A stretch of DNA of 64,000 nt from Planctomycetota bacterium (lineage in GTDB: Bacteria; Planctomycetota; Planctomycetia; JALXBF01). Shown here piece after piece: positions 27,577-37,565 of this stretch. Both the position numbers and the translations under genes were made by a program. The DNA is taken from the NCBI GenBank assembly GCA_026991575.1, contig JALXBF010000006.1:6402-70401 (forward strand). The letters are read 5' to 3'. The notes below the pieces were generated by a model that saw only the letters and a program-made list of their open reading frames with translations, searched no databases and was not told where the DNA came from. Every line of letters begins with the position of its first letter. Position 1 is the first letter of the stretch.

Positions 27577-30500
27577 TGCCAGGTTCGGGTCGAGCCAGAC
27601 GCCAGCTGTTGCACGTCTCGGTGCTGCTAGGCGTAACGACCGTGCTTTCTGCCTTGCCGCATCCGCACTGCGCTGCGCAGGATCTGGCGCCGGCAAGCAG
27701 GCCGAACGCAGCCGCGGCACCGGCCGCTGTGCCGGCCCGCGTGATCCTTGGCGAGCGTGGTTGGTTGCCGGAATTCATCCAACGCTTCGGCCCAGCGGTC
27801 CGCCTCGATCGGCGCTCCCTTGTGGAGCTGCTGGAGCAGGCTGCGGGTAGCCTGCCCGTGGCGAACGTGCACAGCGTGCACGTTCAGGTCGATCAGTTCG
27901 GCGAAACGGTCACCGGCTCGGCTCGGATCACGCTTCGCGCCAACCGCAGCCCGTGTTTGCTGGTCATTCCGCGACCGCTGGCGGGCTGTCTGCACCGAGT
28001 CGAGATGGATGATACCCCCCTTCGCCCGTTCGCCTCTCGGACCGACGCCGATTTGTTCCTAGTGCGTGCAACAGGACCGGCTACCGTGTCAGTCGCGTGG
28101 GATATGGCCCCCCCGAGAGCGGATGACTGGTCCTGGCTGCAGTGGCACTGGCCCGGCGTCTCGGTCCACTGGCAGCTGCCCGCCACCTTGACGAGCGTCA
28201 TCGCAGAGGACGGCTTGGTCAGCCGAGAGCGCGATGGATCCTGGCAGGCTTGGTTCGCGCCGGGTAAGGCCGCGTCGCTGCTCGTGCAGGACGGCGCGGC
28301 AGGACCGCCTTCTCAGCCAAGTAGCCCGCCGGTGTTTGCGAAACTGGTCGGCAAGCACACGGCCGTCGCGCCTGACCTGGTGCGCGTGCGTCTGAGCGTG
28401 GTGCTTTCCCGCCCGCCGGTCGGTAAGCGGAAGCGGCTGCGGCCCGTGCAGATCGCCTTGCCGCCAGCGTTCGTGGCACGCTCGATGGCTGCGGAGAGGC
28501 TGAAGGTAGCTGCGGCGGCCGACGGCGCCGGTATCGTGGCACTGCTGCCACAGGAGACGGACCAAGGCACGCTGGAACTGACCGGATCGCTACGCATCTC
28601 CAACAGTCGCCTGGCCCTGCCGCTGGCACGTCTGGACGGCGCGCTGGTCCTGGCACGAGAACATGCCTGTTACGGCCCGCCAGATGCAGTCTTTGCCCTG
28701 GAAGAGGCACGGGGTGTCCGGCCTGTAGCCTCGATCGCCCCCGCCGCTGACGAAGCACCGGAGCTTCGGCTCTCGTGGACCACGCCCGACGGTCGAGCGG
28801 TGCTGCGGCTGTACCGCACCGCTGCCCCGCTGCGCGCTAGTGCTACCGTCCGGCTGCATGCCGGCGAACAGACCCAAGCCCTCTGCGAACTCCGCTACCA
28901 GGCTGCCGACCGGGAGGTGCGACTGCTCCGGGCATGCCTGCCCGGCGGCTGGCGGGCCGTGTCCGTGACCCCCTGTGATGAGACCGTCGTGGAGGCGTGG
29001 CGTGTTAACGATCGAGAATGCGTCGGCAAGGCTGGGGGGACTGACGCGGCCCGGTCAGGCGGTCAGCTTGACGTTTGGCTTGCCCGGCCGCTGGGCCCTG
29101 GCGACCGTGCCTGCGTTCAGGTGGTGCTGGAGCCGATCGACATTGCGGGTGATCGGCCGCATCCGTTACCGCTGGTTCTGCCACTGGCACCGCTGCGCGA
29201 GCAGTGCAGCCTGGAGCTGGAATCGGACCCGGGCCACCGTGTCGAGCTGGTCACAGCGTTTGGCCTGGAGCCGGCCGCCACGTCGCAACAGACTGCTTTG
29301 CCGGGCATCACGCGGCTCGCATACGGCGAGCAGTCCCGCGGTACCTTCCGGACGGTGATCCGCACCCCCCGGCCGGACGTGACGCTTCGCACCGTCATTC
29401 GAGTCGACGCCGATGCGCTGAGGGCCACCTATGTCGTGGAGCGGCCAGAAGGTGCAGTCGCCAAGTGGGACAGGCCGTTGCGGCTGCGTTGGAGCGCTCC
29501 GGTACCAGGACTCGCGCTTACGCACGTTGCGACCGAGCTGGCTGCGGAGTTGCAAGAGGACCAGACCCTACTGGTGCGACAACGGCTGTCGGCAACCGCG
29601 GAGGCCAGGCCCGAAGCGAGCCATCCTGAACTGGTACGTCTCGCGGCCAGCTGGGCCGGCATCGACTCGGTCACCATCCCGCTTCCCACCCCGGTGGACG
29701 CGAACCTGGTCGAAGCTACGGTGACCGTTCAGCTGCTGAGCACCGATGTCGCCCTCGACGCCACAGGGCTGACGCCCGAGACAACGGCCCGCATGCCCAA
29801 CGGCGGCCGAACGCTCACGTACCGGTACGCCGCTGGGCAGCTGGCGTTGCGCGTGGTGCGCAAGCGGGGCGAAAGAAGTAGCGCCCGGCTAACGGCGTGC
29901 GGTGTTACGGTCACGATGCACGGTGACCAAGGCCGCGTGTGGTGGGATCTGGGCCTGAGCGTCGCCAGAGCCGCCAGGCTTACGGTGCGCCTGCCGGCGG
30001 GATTCCAGCCGCTGGCGGCTGAAGCCGGTGGACTACCGCTGGAACAAACCGGAACGCCATCGGTTCTGTCCGGCAGAATCCAAGGGGGCCTGCACCGCGT
30101 CCGCGTGATCGCGTCGATGCCCGCTGGTCCGTTTCGAACCGCCACCGTACGTCTGCCGGTGCTGTTAGTTGACGGAGAGCCCGTGCCCAGGCCGGAAGCG
30201 ATCATTGCCCGTGTGCTGACACCAGCACGCTGGCGTGCCGTGCTGCTAACCAGTAGCCGACGTACCGGTCCGCGGCTTCCCGGCTGGCAGTTTGTCGCCG
30301 TGCCCTATGTTTGGCTAGCGCATCGTCTCAACCGGCACCACCAACAGGAGCCGACGCTGCGCGTCGCGCCTGAGCAACTCAGGACCGTTGGCGATCTGCT
30401 TCGTCAGCTAACGCCGACTGTCGTTGTGGACCGCTTTGCACTGGCTGCAGCCGATCTGCAACCGGACCGCCCACTGATTGTGCCTCCCGGAAGCAAGCAG

Positions 30501-33500
30501 CCACCGACTGCCATCGACCTCGTTCGTGCGCTCGGACTGCATCTGGTGCAAGCTGACCGGTTCCAATTGGCCACCATTCGCCAGGAGCGGCTGAGCCCGT
30601 TTCTACCCGCCGACAACCGGACAGACATCGCCCCGCTGACAGATCCGGTCCTGCAACGTCAGTGTGAACAGGCGCTGCTATTCGGTACGGATGCCAGCGG
30701 CCGGTTCGCCCGCGCCGATCAATGGGTACCAATACCGTTACCGGGCGCGAAGCTCACGGTGTCGCCTTTGTGGCAGAGCCAGTTCTTCCTACTGGAGGAG
30801 CCAGCCGACAGTTTTACGCTGCTGTTCCTACCGTTCGAGCGGCTGGTTGGCGTGAGTCTACTCGGCGGGGTGCTGGCGCTAGTTGCAACGATCTTGCTGG
30901 CACGTCGCCTGACATCCCGCTGGCCGCTGGTGGTGGTTGGGGCAGTCCTCTTGCTGCTTGCAGGGCTTTGCAACACGCTCCCGTTACCGCTGGCGGCGCT
31001 GGCCGGTTGGCCCGTAGCGGCAGCCCTGATCGGTCTACTGATCGGCCGCCTGCGGGCCCCCCACCGGCAGGTGCAGCCGGCCACGTTGGAAACAGCAACC
31101 ACAGTACCGGCAGGTCCGACCGTCCAGGCAAGCATCACTGTTGCCCTGTTTTGCAGCAGCTTGCTAGCCGGCACCGCTCGCCTGGGCCACGCCCAGACCG
31201 AACCGGAACCGCGACCCGCGGCCGCGGAGCAACCGCTTGCCATCTTCGTCCCGCTCGACGAGCCGGGAGCGTTCTACGTGCCGGGTCGTTGGTTGCCCCG
31301 CATCGAACAGATTCGACAGGCCGATGTGGCCTATCTTCCGCGTGGCCGGCTGTCGATCGATATGAGCAGCGAGCAGGTCGCCGCGGAGGGGTGGATCGAT
31401 CTGGTCGTTTCCGGGCATTCGGCGGTGGAAGTGCCCGTGCCACTCGAGGGCTGGAGCTATCGACGACTGGCAGTGGATGGCCAGGCCCCCCTGGTCATGG
31501 AGCGCGACGGCAGAGCCGTGCTGCGCGTTACGCCGGGCAGTCACCGGCTGGAGTTTGCGGCTGTTGCGCCGTTGGAATCTGCCGCAGGCCGCAATCGGGG
31601 CGTTTGCCGGATCCGCTGGCTTCCTGTGGCCCACACCGTGGTAACGGTCGTTGGACCGGCTGCCGATGGCCTGTTGATGACTTCCCCGAGGCTGCGCAAT
31701 GCACGCCTCCGTTTCGTTCGCGTCTCAGAGCGTCGGGCCCGGCTGCAATTGACCGGACACCTGGGCCCCACCGAGCTGCTGGAGGTGCACTGGTTCAGCA
31801 ACCTGGATCCGCCGGACAGGCCGGCTCGGTACGAGTACGACCAGGTCATCGTGCTCCGGCCGGGCATTATCGAAAAGTATGTGGTCCTGACGGTGCCCCC
31901 CTCGAGCCAGCCTCTCGTGCGCGTCGTGCTCCACCTGCCTGACGGCTGGCGCGCGGTGAACGCCAACTGCACGCTTATCGATCGCGGCCAGCGTGCGGAA
32001 CTGCTTGTTCCCATCGACCGGCTGCGCAGGCGGAGAGCCATCCTCCACCTGGTTCGGGCCCGTCCGGAAACCGGCCCAGTCGAACTACTCGATGCGATCA
32101 ACTCCCCGAATGCCCGGCTCCGCGCGAACTATGTTCTCGTGCTGGCTGAGCCGAACGCGGCACCGCGGCTAGAGTCCGACAGGCTACGTAACGTGGCCGC
32201 AGACCAGCCGGCCGTCGAGCAACTACTTGCGTTGCTCAGCCCACTACAGGCCGAGCGTGTGATCGCGGCGTACGCGTTCGAGTCACAAACGGCGGCACTG
32301 CGTTTGTTGGCAAACGAACCGACGGCGCAGCGGAGTGGCGTGGAGCTTACCGCAGGCGTGACGCTGCACCATTGGGGGGTGAGGCTGATTGAGGTACTTC
32401 AGTTTGAGACCTTCCCGCCAACCGGGGTCAGGATTCGGATCCCAGCGGGGTGGCAGTTGCGATCCGTGCGCGCCAGCGGCGCCCGGTGGTCCCTGAGCGA
32501 GGATAACACCGCCCTACTGCTCCACGCGGAAGCAAGCGGTACAGAGGCGGCCACCGAAGGTGAACGGGTGCGCGTGGAACTGATGGCCGACCGGTTCGCT
32601 CCGCCGCAGATGGCAGCGTGGCGTATCGACCGGTTGCTTGCGCTTCCGGACACAGCAGTGCGTACGGTGCAGGTTGAACTGTACCGCACGGCAGACGTGG
32701 CCTTGGCCGAGGTCCATGCTCCGCAGTGGCGCCGACTCCGCGTCAATCAGCCGCCCACGGACCAGGCGAACCAGCGATTGCCAGAGGGCCGGTTTGTGGT
32801 ATCGGGGCCACCTCCGGAACTGAGGGTCAAAGCAACGGTCCAGGAGGCGATCACGGACTGGCGGGCCGAGACAACGATCGCACGGGAAGCAAACCGGATC
32901 CGGGCCAGAACGCGGGTCCAGCTGCGGGGCAACCTGCCTGCAGGTAGCCAGCTCCAGCTCTGGGTACCGCCAATGGCTCAGCTTGAGGAGCTTCGACCGC
33001 TTCGGCCCACGGCACAACTGGCGGTACGCCGGCTGGCTGCCGACCCAGCCCGCCAGGGCTCACGTTGGGCAGTGCGCTCCGCGCTGCCGGTCCGCGGTGG
33101 GCTGACGTTCGAGATCGGCTGGCGGCTCAGCGTGCCGGACCACCGGCAGTGGCGTTTCGAGCAACCACTCATTAACGGGATCCCTCCGGCCGAACATGTC
33201 GTGCGTGTGAGCCGCAATGCTCTTCCCCCCGGCACAACGCTCTCGGTACGCAGCGGCGACGTCGCTGTGCGTGAGGAACCGGACGCGGTCGTGCTGACGC
33301 TCAATCAAGAATCGCCTGCCGAGTTGGTCCTTGCGCTGGAGCGTGCCGCTTGGGCTCGGCCCACACTCGTGGTCGCCGAGCGGAAGACGCGAACGGACAG
33401 CCGGACGGTGCGCGATCACCTTAGCCTGTGGCTTTGGGCACCGTTCGGCGGCGACTGTCTGCTCCTCAGCCCCGTCCTGGAGCACGTCGATGCAGTGCTC

Positions 33501-34472
33501 ATCGACGGCCAGGCTGCCGGCTTCGAGGTGCAGAACGGTCAGCTTCGCTTCGCGCTTCTGCCCGACTGGTCGGTGCGGCGCGTGGAGATCCTGCAACAAG
33601 CCGCCTTGTCGCGAACGACCGATCTGCCCGTAAGCGTGCAACTGCGCGTCGGTCCGCATACGATCAAGGCCGGGTATGCGTGGCAGGTGCCGACGGCCCC
33701 AAAGCGGCTTCCGGGCAGCATTCGCATCGCATCCTGGCAACGGATCGAGCAATGGCAGGTGTCGCGGCTGTTGGCGTGGGCCAGTCGGTTTGCTGACGCA
33801 GCCCCGTCGCTGGAACAGCAAGTGCACCGCCAGCCACTGGCCCAGGTGCTCTTGACCGTGCATCTGCGCTGCCTGGCCGCCCTACCACGGCTCCGCTGGC
33901 TCCGCGAGGAAGGCTTCTGGTCACTGGCCCCGGTGGGCGACGTGGACGCGATTCGAGCAAGCGTCTCTGCGTTGCAGGATCGCCGTGTCGCAGCCGAGCG
34001 GCTTGCACGACAGCTCGGCCTGGACCTCGGCGCCCTCGCCGCCGGCAGAGGCACCGCCCAGACCATAGAGCCGCTCACGCTAAGCGACCCGTTTGCCGCC
34101 TCCGAGAACAACCGACAGTGGCTGCTGGTCGGACCGGCAGGGCCGGAGTCCAACCGGCTTCCATCAAGCTGGCTCGCAGCGTCCGAACACCCGCAAACGC
34201 CCTGGCTGACGCAACCGGTGCGTTGGCTGCTCGTCGGCGTGCCAGTCCTGCTATGGCTGCTGGCCATCCGACCGCTGTTCTACATGCGTGTTGCGGCACT
34301 GTTGGGGGCCATTGCGCTGTACATGACCGTGGAAGGCTACGGGCGTAGCGAAGTATTGCTGATGACGGCACTCACCGCGGTTGCTGTGCTACTGGGACTG
34401 GTCGAGGCGTTCGCCTGGTGGCGAGCGGTCCGCCGGAGCACCGGGGGCCCCGAACCGATCGTGCTCGAATGA
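27576..34472 (+). CDS. Giant hypothetical membrane protein (2298 aa): two tandem ectodomain + TM units
   Basis: TGATG overlap with the previous gene plus GGAGG RBS; leader ending HCAA|QD; TM cluster near aa 1090-1206; second ectodomain; C-terminal TM cluster; repeated LPxGW motifs. Confidence 0.85.
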   Translation: MPGSGRARRQLLHVSVLLGVTTVLSALPHPHCAAQDLAPASRPNAAAAPAAVPARVILGERGWLPEFIQRFGPAVRLDRRSLVELLEQAAGSLPVANVHSVHVQVDQFGETVTGSARITLRANRSPCLLVIPRPLAGCLHRVEMDDTPLRPFASRTDADLFLVRATGPATVSVAWDMAPPRADDWSWLQWHWPGVSVHWQLPATLTSVIAEDGLVSRERDGSWQAWFAPGKAASLLVQDGAAGPPSQPSSPPVFAKLVGKHTAVAPDLVRVRLSVVLSRPPVGKRKRLRPVQIALPPAFVARSMAAERLKVAAAADGAGIVALLPQETDQGTLELTGSLRISNSRLALPLARLDGALVLAREHACYGPPDAVFALEEARGVRPVASIAPAADEAPELRLSWTTPDGRAVLRLYRTAAPLRASATVRLHAGEQTQALCELRYQAADREVRLLRACLPGGWRAVSVTPCDETVVEAWRVNDRECVGKAGGTDAARSGGQLDVWLARPLGPGDRACVQVVLEPIDIAGDRPHPLPLVLPLAPLREQCSLELESDPGHRVELVTAFGLEPAATSQQTALPGITRLAYGEQSRGTFRTVIRTPRPDVTLRTVIRVDADALRATYVVERPEGAVAKWDRPLRLRWSAPVPGLALTHVATELAAELQEDQTLLVRQRLSATAEARPEASHPELVRLAASWAGIDSVTIPLPTPVDANLVEATVTVQLLSTDVALDATGLTPETTARMPNGGRTLTYRYAAGQLALRVVRKRGERSSARLTACGVTVTMHGDQGRVWWDLGLSVARAARLTVRLPAGFQPLAAEAGGLPLEQTGTPSVLSGRIQGGLHRVRVIASMPAGPFRTATVRLPVLLVDGEPVPRPEAIIARVLTPARWRAVLLTSSRRTGPRLPGWQFVAVPYVWLAHRLNRHHQQEPTLRVAPEQLRTVGDLLRQLTPTVVVDRFALAAADLQPDRPLIVPPGSKQPPTAIDLVRALGLHLVQADRFQLATIRQERLSPFLPADNRTDIAPLTDPVLQRQCEQALLFGTDASGRFARADQWVPIPLPGAKLTVSPLWQSQFFLLEEPADSFTLLFLPFERLVGVSLLGGVLALVATILLARRLTSRWPLVVVGAVLLLLAGLCNTLPLPLAALAGWPVAAALIGLLIGRLRAPHRQVQPATLETATTVPAGPTVQASITVALFCSSLLAGTARLGHAQTEPEPRPAAAEQPLAIFVPLDEPGAFYVPGRWLPRIEQIRQADVAYLPRGRLSIDMSSEQVAAEGWIDLVVSGHSAVEVPVPLEGWSYRRLAVDGQAPLVMERDGRAVLRVTPGSHRLEFAAVAPLESAAGRNRGVCRIRWLPVAHTVVTVVGPAADGLLMTSPRLRNARLRFVRVSERRARLQLTGHLGPTELLEVHWFSNLDPPDRPARYEYDQVIVLRPGIIEKYVVLTVPPSSQPLVRVVLHLPDGWRAVNANCTLIDRGQRAELLVPIDRLRRRRAILHLVRARPETGPVELLDAINSPNARLRANYVLVLAEPNAAPRLESDRLRNVAADQPAVEQLLALLSPLQAERVIAAYAFESQTAALRLLANEPTAQRSGVELTAGVTLHHWGVRLIEVLQFETFPPTGVRIRIPAGWQLRSVRASGARWSLSEDNTALLLHAEASGTEAATEGERVRVELMADRFAPPQMAAWRIDRLLALPDTAVRTVQVELYRTADVALAEVHAPQWRRLRVNQPPTDQANQRLPEGRFVVSGPPPELRVKATVQEAITDWRAETTIAREANRIRARTRVQLRGNLPAGSQLQLWVPPMAQLEELRPLRPTAQLAVRRLAADPARQGSRWAVRSALPVRGGLTFEIGWRLSVPDHRQWRFEQPLINGIPPAEHVVRVSRNALPPGTTLSVRSGDVAVREEPDAVVLTLNQESPAELVLALERAAWARPTLVVAERKTRTDSRTVRDHLSLWLWAPFGGDCLLLSPVLEHVDAVLIDGQAAGFEVQNGQLRFALLPDWSVRRVEILQQAALSRTTDLPVSVQLRVGPHTIKAGYAWQVPTAPKRLPGSIRIASWQRIEQWQVSRLLAWASRFADAAPSLEQQVHRQPLAQVLLTVHLRCLAALPRLRWLREEGFWSLAPVGDVDAIRASVSALQDRRVAAERLARQLGLDLGALAAGRGTAQTIEPLTLSDPFAASENNRQWLLVGPAGPESNRLPSSWLAASEHPQTPWLTQPVRWLLVGVPVLLWLLAIRPLFYMRVAALLGAIALYMTVEGYGRSEVLLMTALTAVAVLLGLVEAFAWWRAVRRSTGGPEPIVLE

Positions 34473-35120
34473 AAGGTGCGCGGGCCGCCGAAGTGCCGCA
34501 GGAACCTCCGTAGCGACCGTTTCGCTCGTCGGACCGGTCTGCCGCGCCCCCCCGCCAGCCTGCTTCAGTCGTTCAAGGGTTCGGTACTCGGACAGGCGTT
34601 TGGCAGGGCCCGGCAACAGGACCGTGGCTGCGTCGCTAAGCAAGGCCGGGCGGCCGGCCGCCTGGAAACTCGCCCGCAGGTCGCAGCGCAGCTCAGGCTG
34701 GTCGGCCGGTCCCCAGGGCAGCCAGAAGCTGTAGCCCCACCCAAAAGCGTCCTTCCTCAATCGGTGGCGCGCCTCCTCCGGTGAGAACACCCAGATGCGG
34801 TCCGGCTTGACCTTAGCTTTCGTCACATCCTCCGGTGCCACCCACGCAAAGAACGTAAACGTTCCGTCCGCGACCACAGGCTCCTCGTTGGCCGGGCCGA
34901 ACAAATACACGCGTGCCGCAAACCCACGCAGGTGCGGCTTGCCGTTCAACTCCAGAAGCGCGTCATTCCAGATGACGTGAACTTCCGTAACCTCCTCGGA
35001 CTGAGCCGCCTGCAGTGAGCCGCTGATCAGGCGACGACCAGGCTCGGTCGCGCTGCCAGCGCATCCGCTCAGCACCAGCAACGCGACCGCGGTCGCGACC
35101 AGGCACCAGTTTCTGGGCAC
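34389..35120 (-). CDS. Putative lipoprotein, planctomycete-type conserved hypothetical
   Basis: Lipobox LLVLSG|C after a GTG start near 35120-35129; core VIWNDALL...LRGFAARVYLFG...WVFSPEE...GWGYSFWLPWG; tail overlaps the convergent giant gene by 84 nt. Confidence 0.65.
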   Translation of the reverse strand: MPRNWCLVATAVALLVLSGCAGSATEPGRRLISGSLQAAQSEEVTEVHVIWNDALLELNGKPHLRGFAARVYLFGPANEEPVVADGTFTFFAWVAPEDVTKAKVKPDRIWVFSPEEARHRLRKDAFGWGYSFWLPWGPADQPELRCDLRASFQAAGRPALLSDAATVLLPGPAKRLSEYRTLERLKQAGGGARQTGPTSETVATEVPAALRRPAHLSFEHDRFGAPGAPADRSPPGERLDQSQ

Positions 35121-36203
35121 GTGCACAACCACGACCAATCTCCGTAACACCGTTGACCGGTGGCATTCCCAGTTTCCGCGGTCACCGCCCGCTGTCAACG
35201 CCGACTTGGATGCAATCCAGCCCTTGCGGACGCGACCCAGCAACGCGGCACGGCGAGGCCGAACGGGAAGCCGCCGGATGGATGACTTCCGCTCGGACCA
35301 GGCCGATGCAGGCTCTCCCTCCGCGGCCTTGGCAGACACTGTGGCCGCGGGCGCGCTCTTCCTGTCGAACAAACACATGGTTCAATGGCGCCCGCCCAAC
35401 TTTAGCGCTCCCTCTTCTCCCCCTCCTCCCGACTCGATGCCGTGGCCGCAGCGGTGGCATCGGCCGGCGCGATCAGGCTCACGCCACGAGCCACCAGTTT
35501 TCGCCCACGGCGCACAGACGACTGGGCCCGGCAGCGGCCATGATGAGCGTACGGCTCGGCTAGGGATGAGATCGGCGTCTTCGGTGGAACCAGGCATCGC
35601 TTGCTACGTTCAATCAGGGGGTCCGCAATGCCAGCCCCGGACGTTCGCCGAGGAGCACACTTCCCTGCGCGACAACCACTCTCGCCGCACGCGCCCGGTG
35701 TCGTCGACCGATGAACGCCCCCCCCAGCCTTGCAGGCGTTCGTGATCCGGGCGAAGAACTCTTTCCGGAAGACCTGCAAGATGCCGCGCTGGGTGACCGA
35801 CGGTGCGCTGAGGCCGGACGAGATTTCGGCGCGCGGCGTTCGACGGGCACTGCTTTCCTTGTCCGCTCTGCGCGGAAGCGGTGCCTTGGGCAGTCGTCTG
35901 GTGGACTGCTATGCCCTCTCTCCCGGGATGGGTCGTGACAGCACTGGGCCCACGTCGCATCGTGGCCATCGGGCCATGTTCGAGGCGGGACTGTGACGCA
36001 GTCGTGGTAGCTCATCGCGCGTAGTCCGTCGCCCCGCATGCACCCGGCGAGCTTCCTTCCGGCCCCTCCGTCCGGACCACCGCCGCGGCGGAACCGACAG
36101 TCTCGGAGTCCCCGGGGCCAGACGGCTCAGGTGGTCCGCGTCGGGCAGGCAGCCGCAGCGCGAGGCAGAGCGTGGAAACGGCGGGACGTGACCTTGTGCC
36201 TGC

Positions 36204-36890
36204 TCATCGGGTCAATGCCTCATGCACGAGCTCCGGGCTGAGGCCCGACGGCACGATCCGCACGCGGAGCTGGAAGACGTCGTACAGGAGCGAGAACGCC
36301 GACCGGCAGCTACCGTTCGACCGGCGTTCGATGAGCTGCAAGGCCTCGGCCGTCAGCGGGAAGCGAGCTGGATTGAGGCCGGCCCATCGCAGGCGACGCT
36401 CGTACGCGCAAGCAAACTCCTCGGCCGACCACGGGTTAAGCTGAACGCTGTCGGCCTGCTCCCCAAGCTGCTGCTCGACAGAGCGATGGGTACCCAGCAA
36501 CAGGCGGCGGACACATCCGCCGCGGATGGCAGCTGCGAGGAGCTTCAGCAGCGGGGGGGCTAGACGCTCGGCTTCATCGACGCAGATCAGATCGTAACCG
36601 ACGGGCACCAGCCAGCTGAAGCGTCGACCGGCTGGAACGTAGCAATAGCGTACCCGCCAGCCGCGCTGCCGGGCCCAGTTGCAGGTTGCAACCAACAGGG
36701 ACGTCTTGCCAACGCCCTCGGGACCGCTGAGTTGCACGATTGGGCGGGGTCGATAGAGGAGCTGAGCCGGTCGTGGCATACCGGAGCGCTGGACCAACAG
36801 GTTGTCCAGCTCCTCGTCACGCCAGGCCCCGAACGGGTTCAACGCCGCTCCCAGAGCTTGCCACAGCCGCAGATCTCGTTGTCCACTCAC
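36204..36890 (-). CDS. Small stand-alone P-loop NTPase (AAA+/Hda- or ExeA-like)
   Basis: GPEGVGKTS Walker A, LICVDEAE Walker B, C-terminal helical lid (FPLTAEALQLIERRSNGSCR); starts 4 nt after the rpe stop. Confidence 0.7.
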   Translation of the reverse strand: MSGQRDLRLWQALGAALNPFGAWRDEELDNLLVQRSGMPRPAQLLYRPRPIVQLSGPEGVGKTSLLVATCNWARQRGWRVRYCYVPAGRRFSWLVPVGYDLICVDEAERLAPPLLKLLAAAIRGGCVRRLLLGTHRSVEQQLGEQADSVQLNPWSAEEFACAYERRLRWAGLNPARFPLTAEALQLIERRSNGSCRSAFSLLYDVFQLRVRIVPSGLSPELVHEALTR

Positions 36891-36894
36891 CGCA

Positions 36895-37563
36895 TCATGC
36901 TCTCAGTTTTTCGACCAGCGACCGGACCGCGTCGCCGACGGGCGCATCGGTAGAGAAGATCGCGCTGGCGGCGACGAAGATGTCGGCCCCGGCCGCACGC
37001 GCCGCCGTGATTGTCTTGGCGTTGATGCCACCGTCCACTTCGATTGCGTAGCCAAGCTGGCGCTGCTCACGCCAGCGGCACAGCTGTTCGACCTTGCGCA
37101 ACGGCCCGCGCAGGAACGGCTGGCCGGCGAAGCCTGGATTGACCGTCATGACGAGCACCAGATCGATCAGCTCCAGGACCTCGCTCAGCGTACCGGCCGG
37201 AGTAGCTGGGTTGATGGCAACACCGGGATGGGCACCGAGCTCGCGGATCCGCCGCAACGTCCGATCCAGGTGCCGGCAGACTTCCTGGTGCACGATGATG
37301 CGTGTGGCTCCGGCACGGGCGAATGCTTCCAGGTGATCGTCCGGTTCGGTGACCATGAGATGGGCTTCGATTGGCACCTGCGTGTGAGCACGTACGGATG
37401 CGACGATTGGTACGCCGATAGTGAGGTTGGGCACAAAGTGGCCGTCCATGACATCGACGTGGATCGCCCCCACGCCCGCAGCAAGCGCCTCGTCGATCTG
37501 TTGGCCGAGTTGCCAAAAGTCGGCCGCCAGGATCGAGGCGGCCAGTTCCGCGCGCGGTCGCAT
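36895..37563 (-). CDS. rpe: Ribulose-phosphate 3-epimerase
   Basis: ASILAADF, HVDVMDGHFVPNLT, EAHLMV, VMTVNPGFAGQ, IEVDGGI. Start at ATG 37563. Confidence 0.97.
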   Translation of the reverse strand: MRPRAELAASILAADFWQLGQQIDEALAAGVGAIHVDVMDGHFVPNLTIGVPIVASVRAHTQVPIEAHLMVTEPDDHLEAFARAGATRIIVHQEVCRHLDRTLRRIRELGAHPGVAINPATPAGTLSEVLELIDLVLVMTVNPGFAGQPFLRGPLRKVEQLCRWREQRQLGYAIEVDGGINAKTITAARAAGADIFVAASAIFSTDAPVGDAVRSLVEKLRA

Positions 37564-37565
37564 CG

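Noticed and set aside
30722-31942. 406-aa alternate-frame ORF inside the giant gene
   Set aside because: Ala/Arg/Gly/Pro-rich frame artefact; the main frame is continuous.
36040-36080. SRP RNA-like GCCGGAAGGAAGC motif on the minus strand
   Set aside because: The invariant CAGG and AGCA flanks of SRP helix 8 are absent (GGGG and AGCT here) and no extended hairpin is evident.
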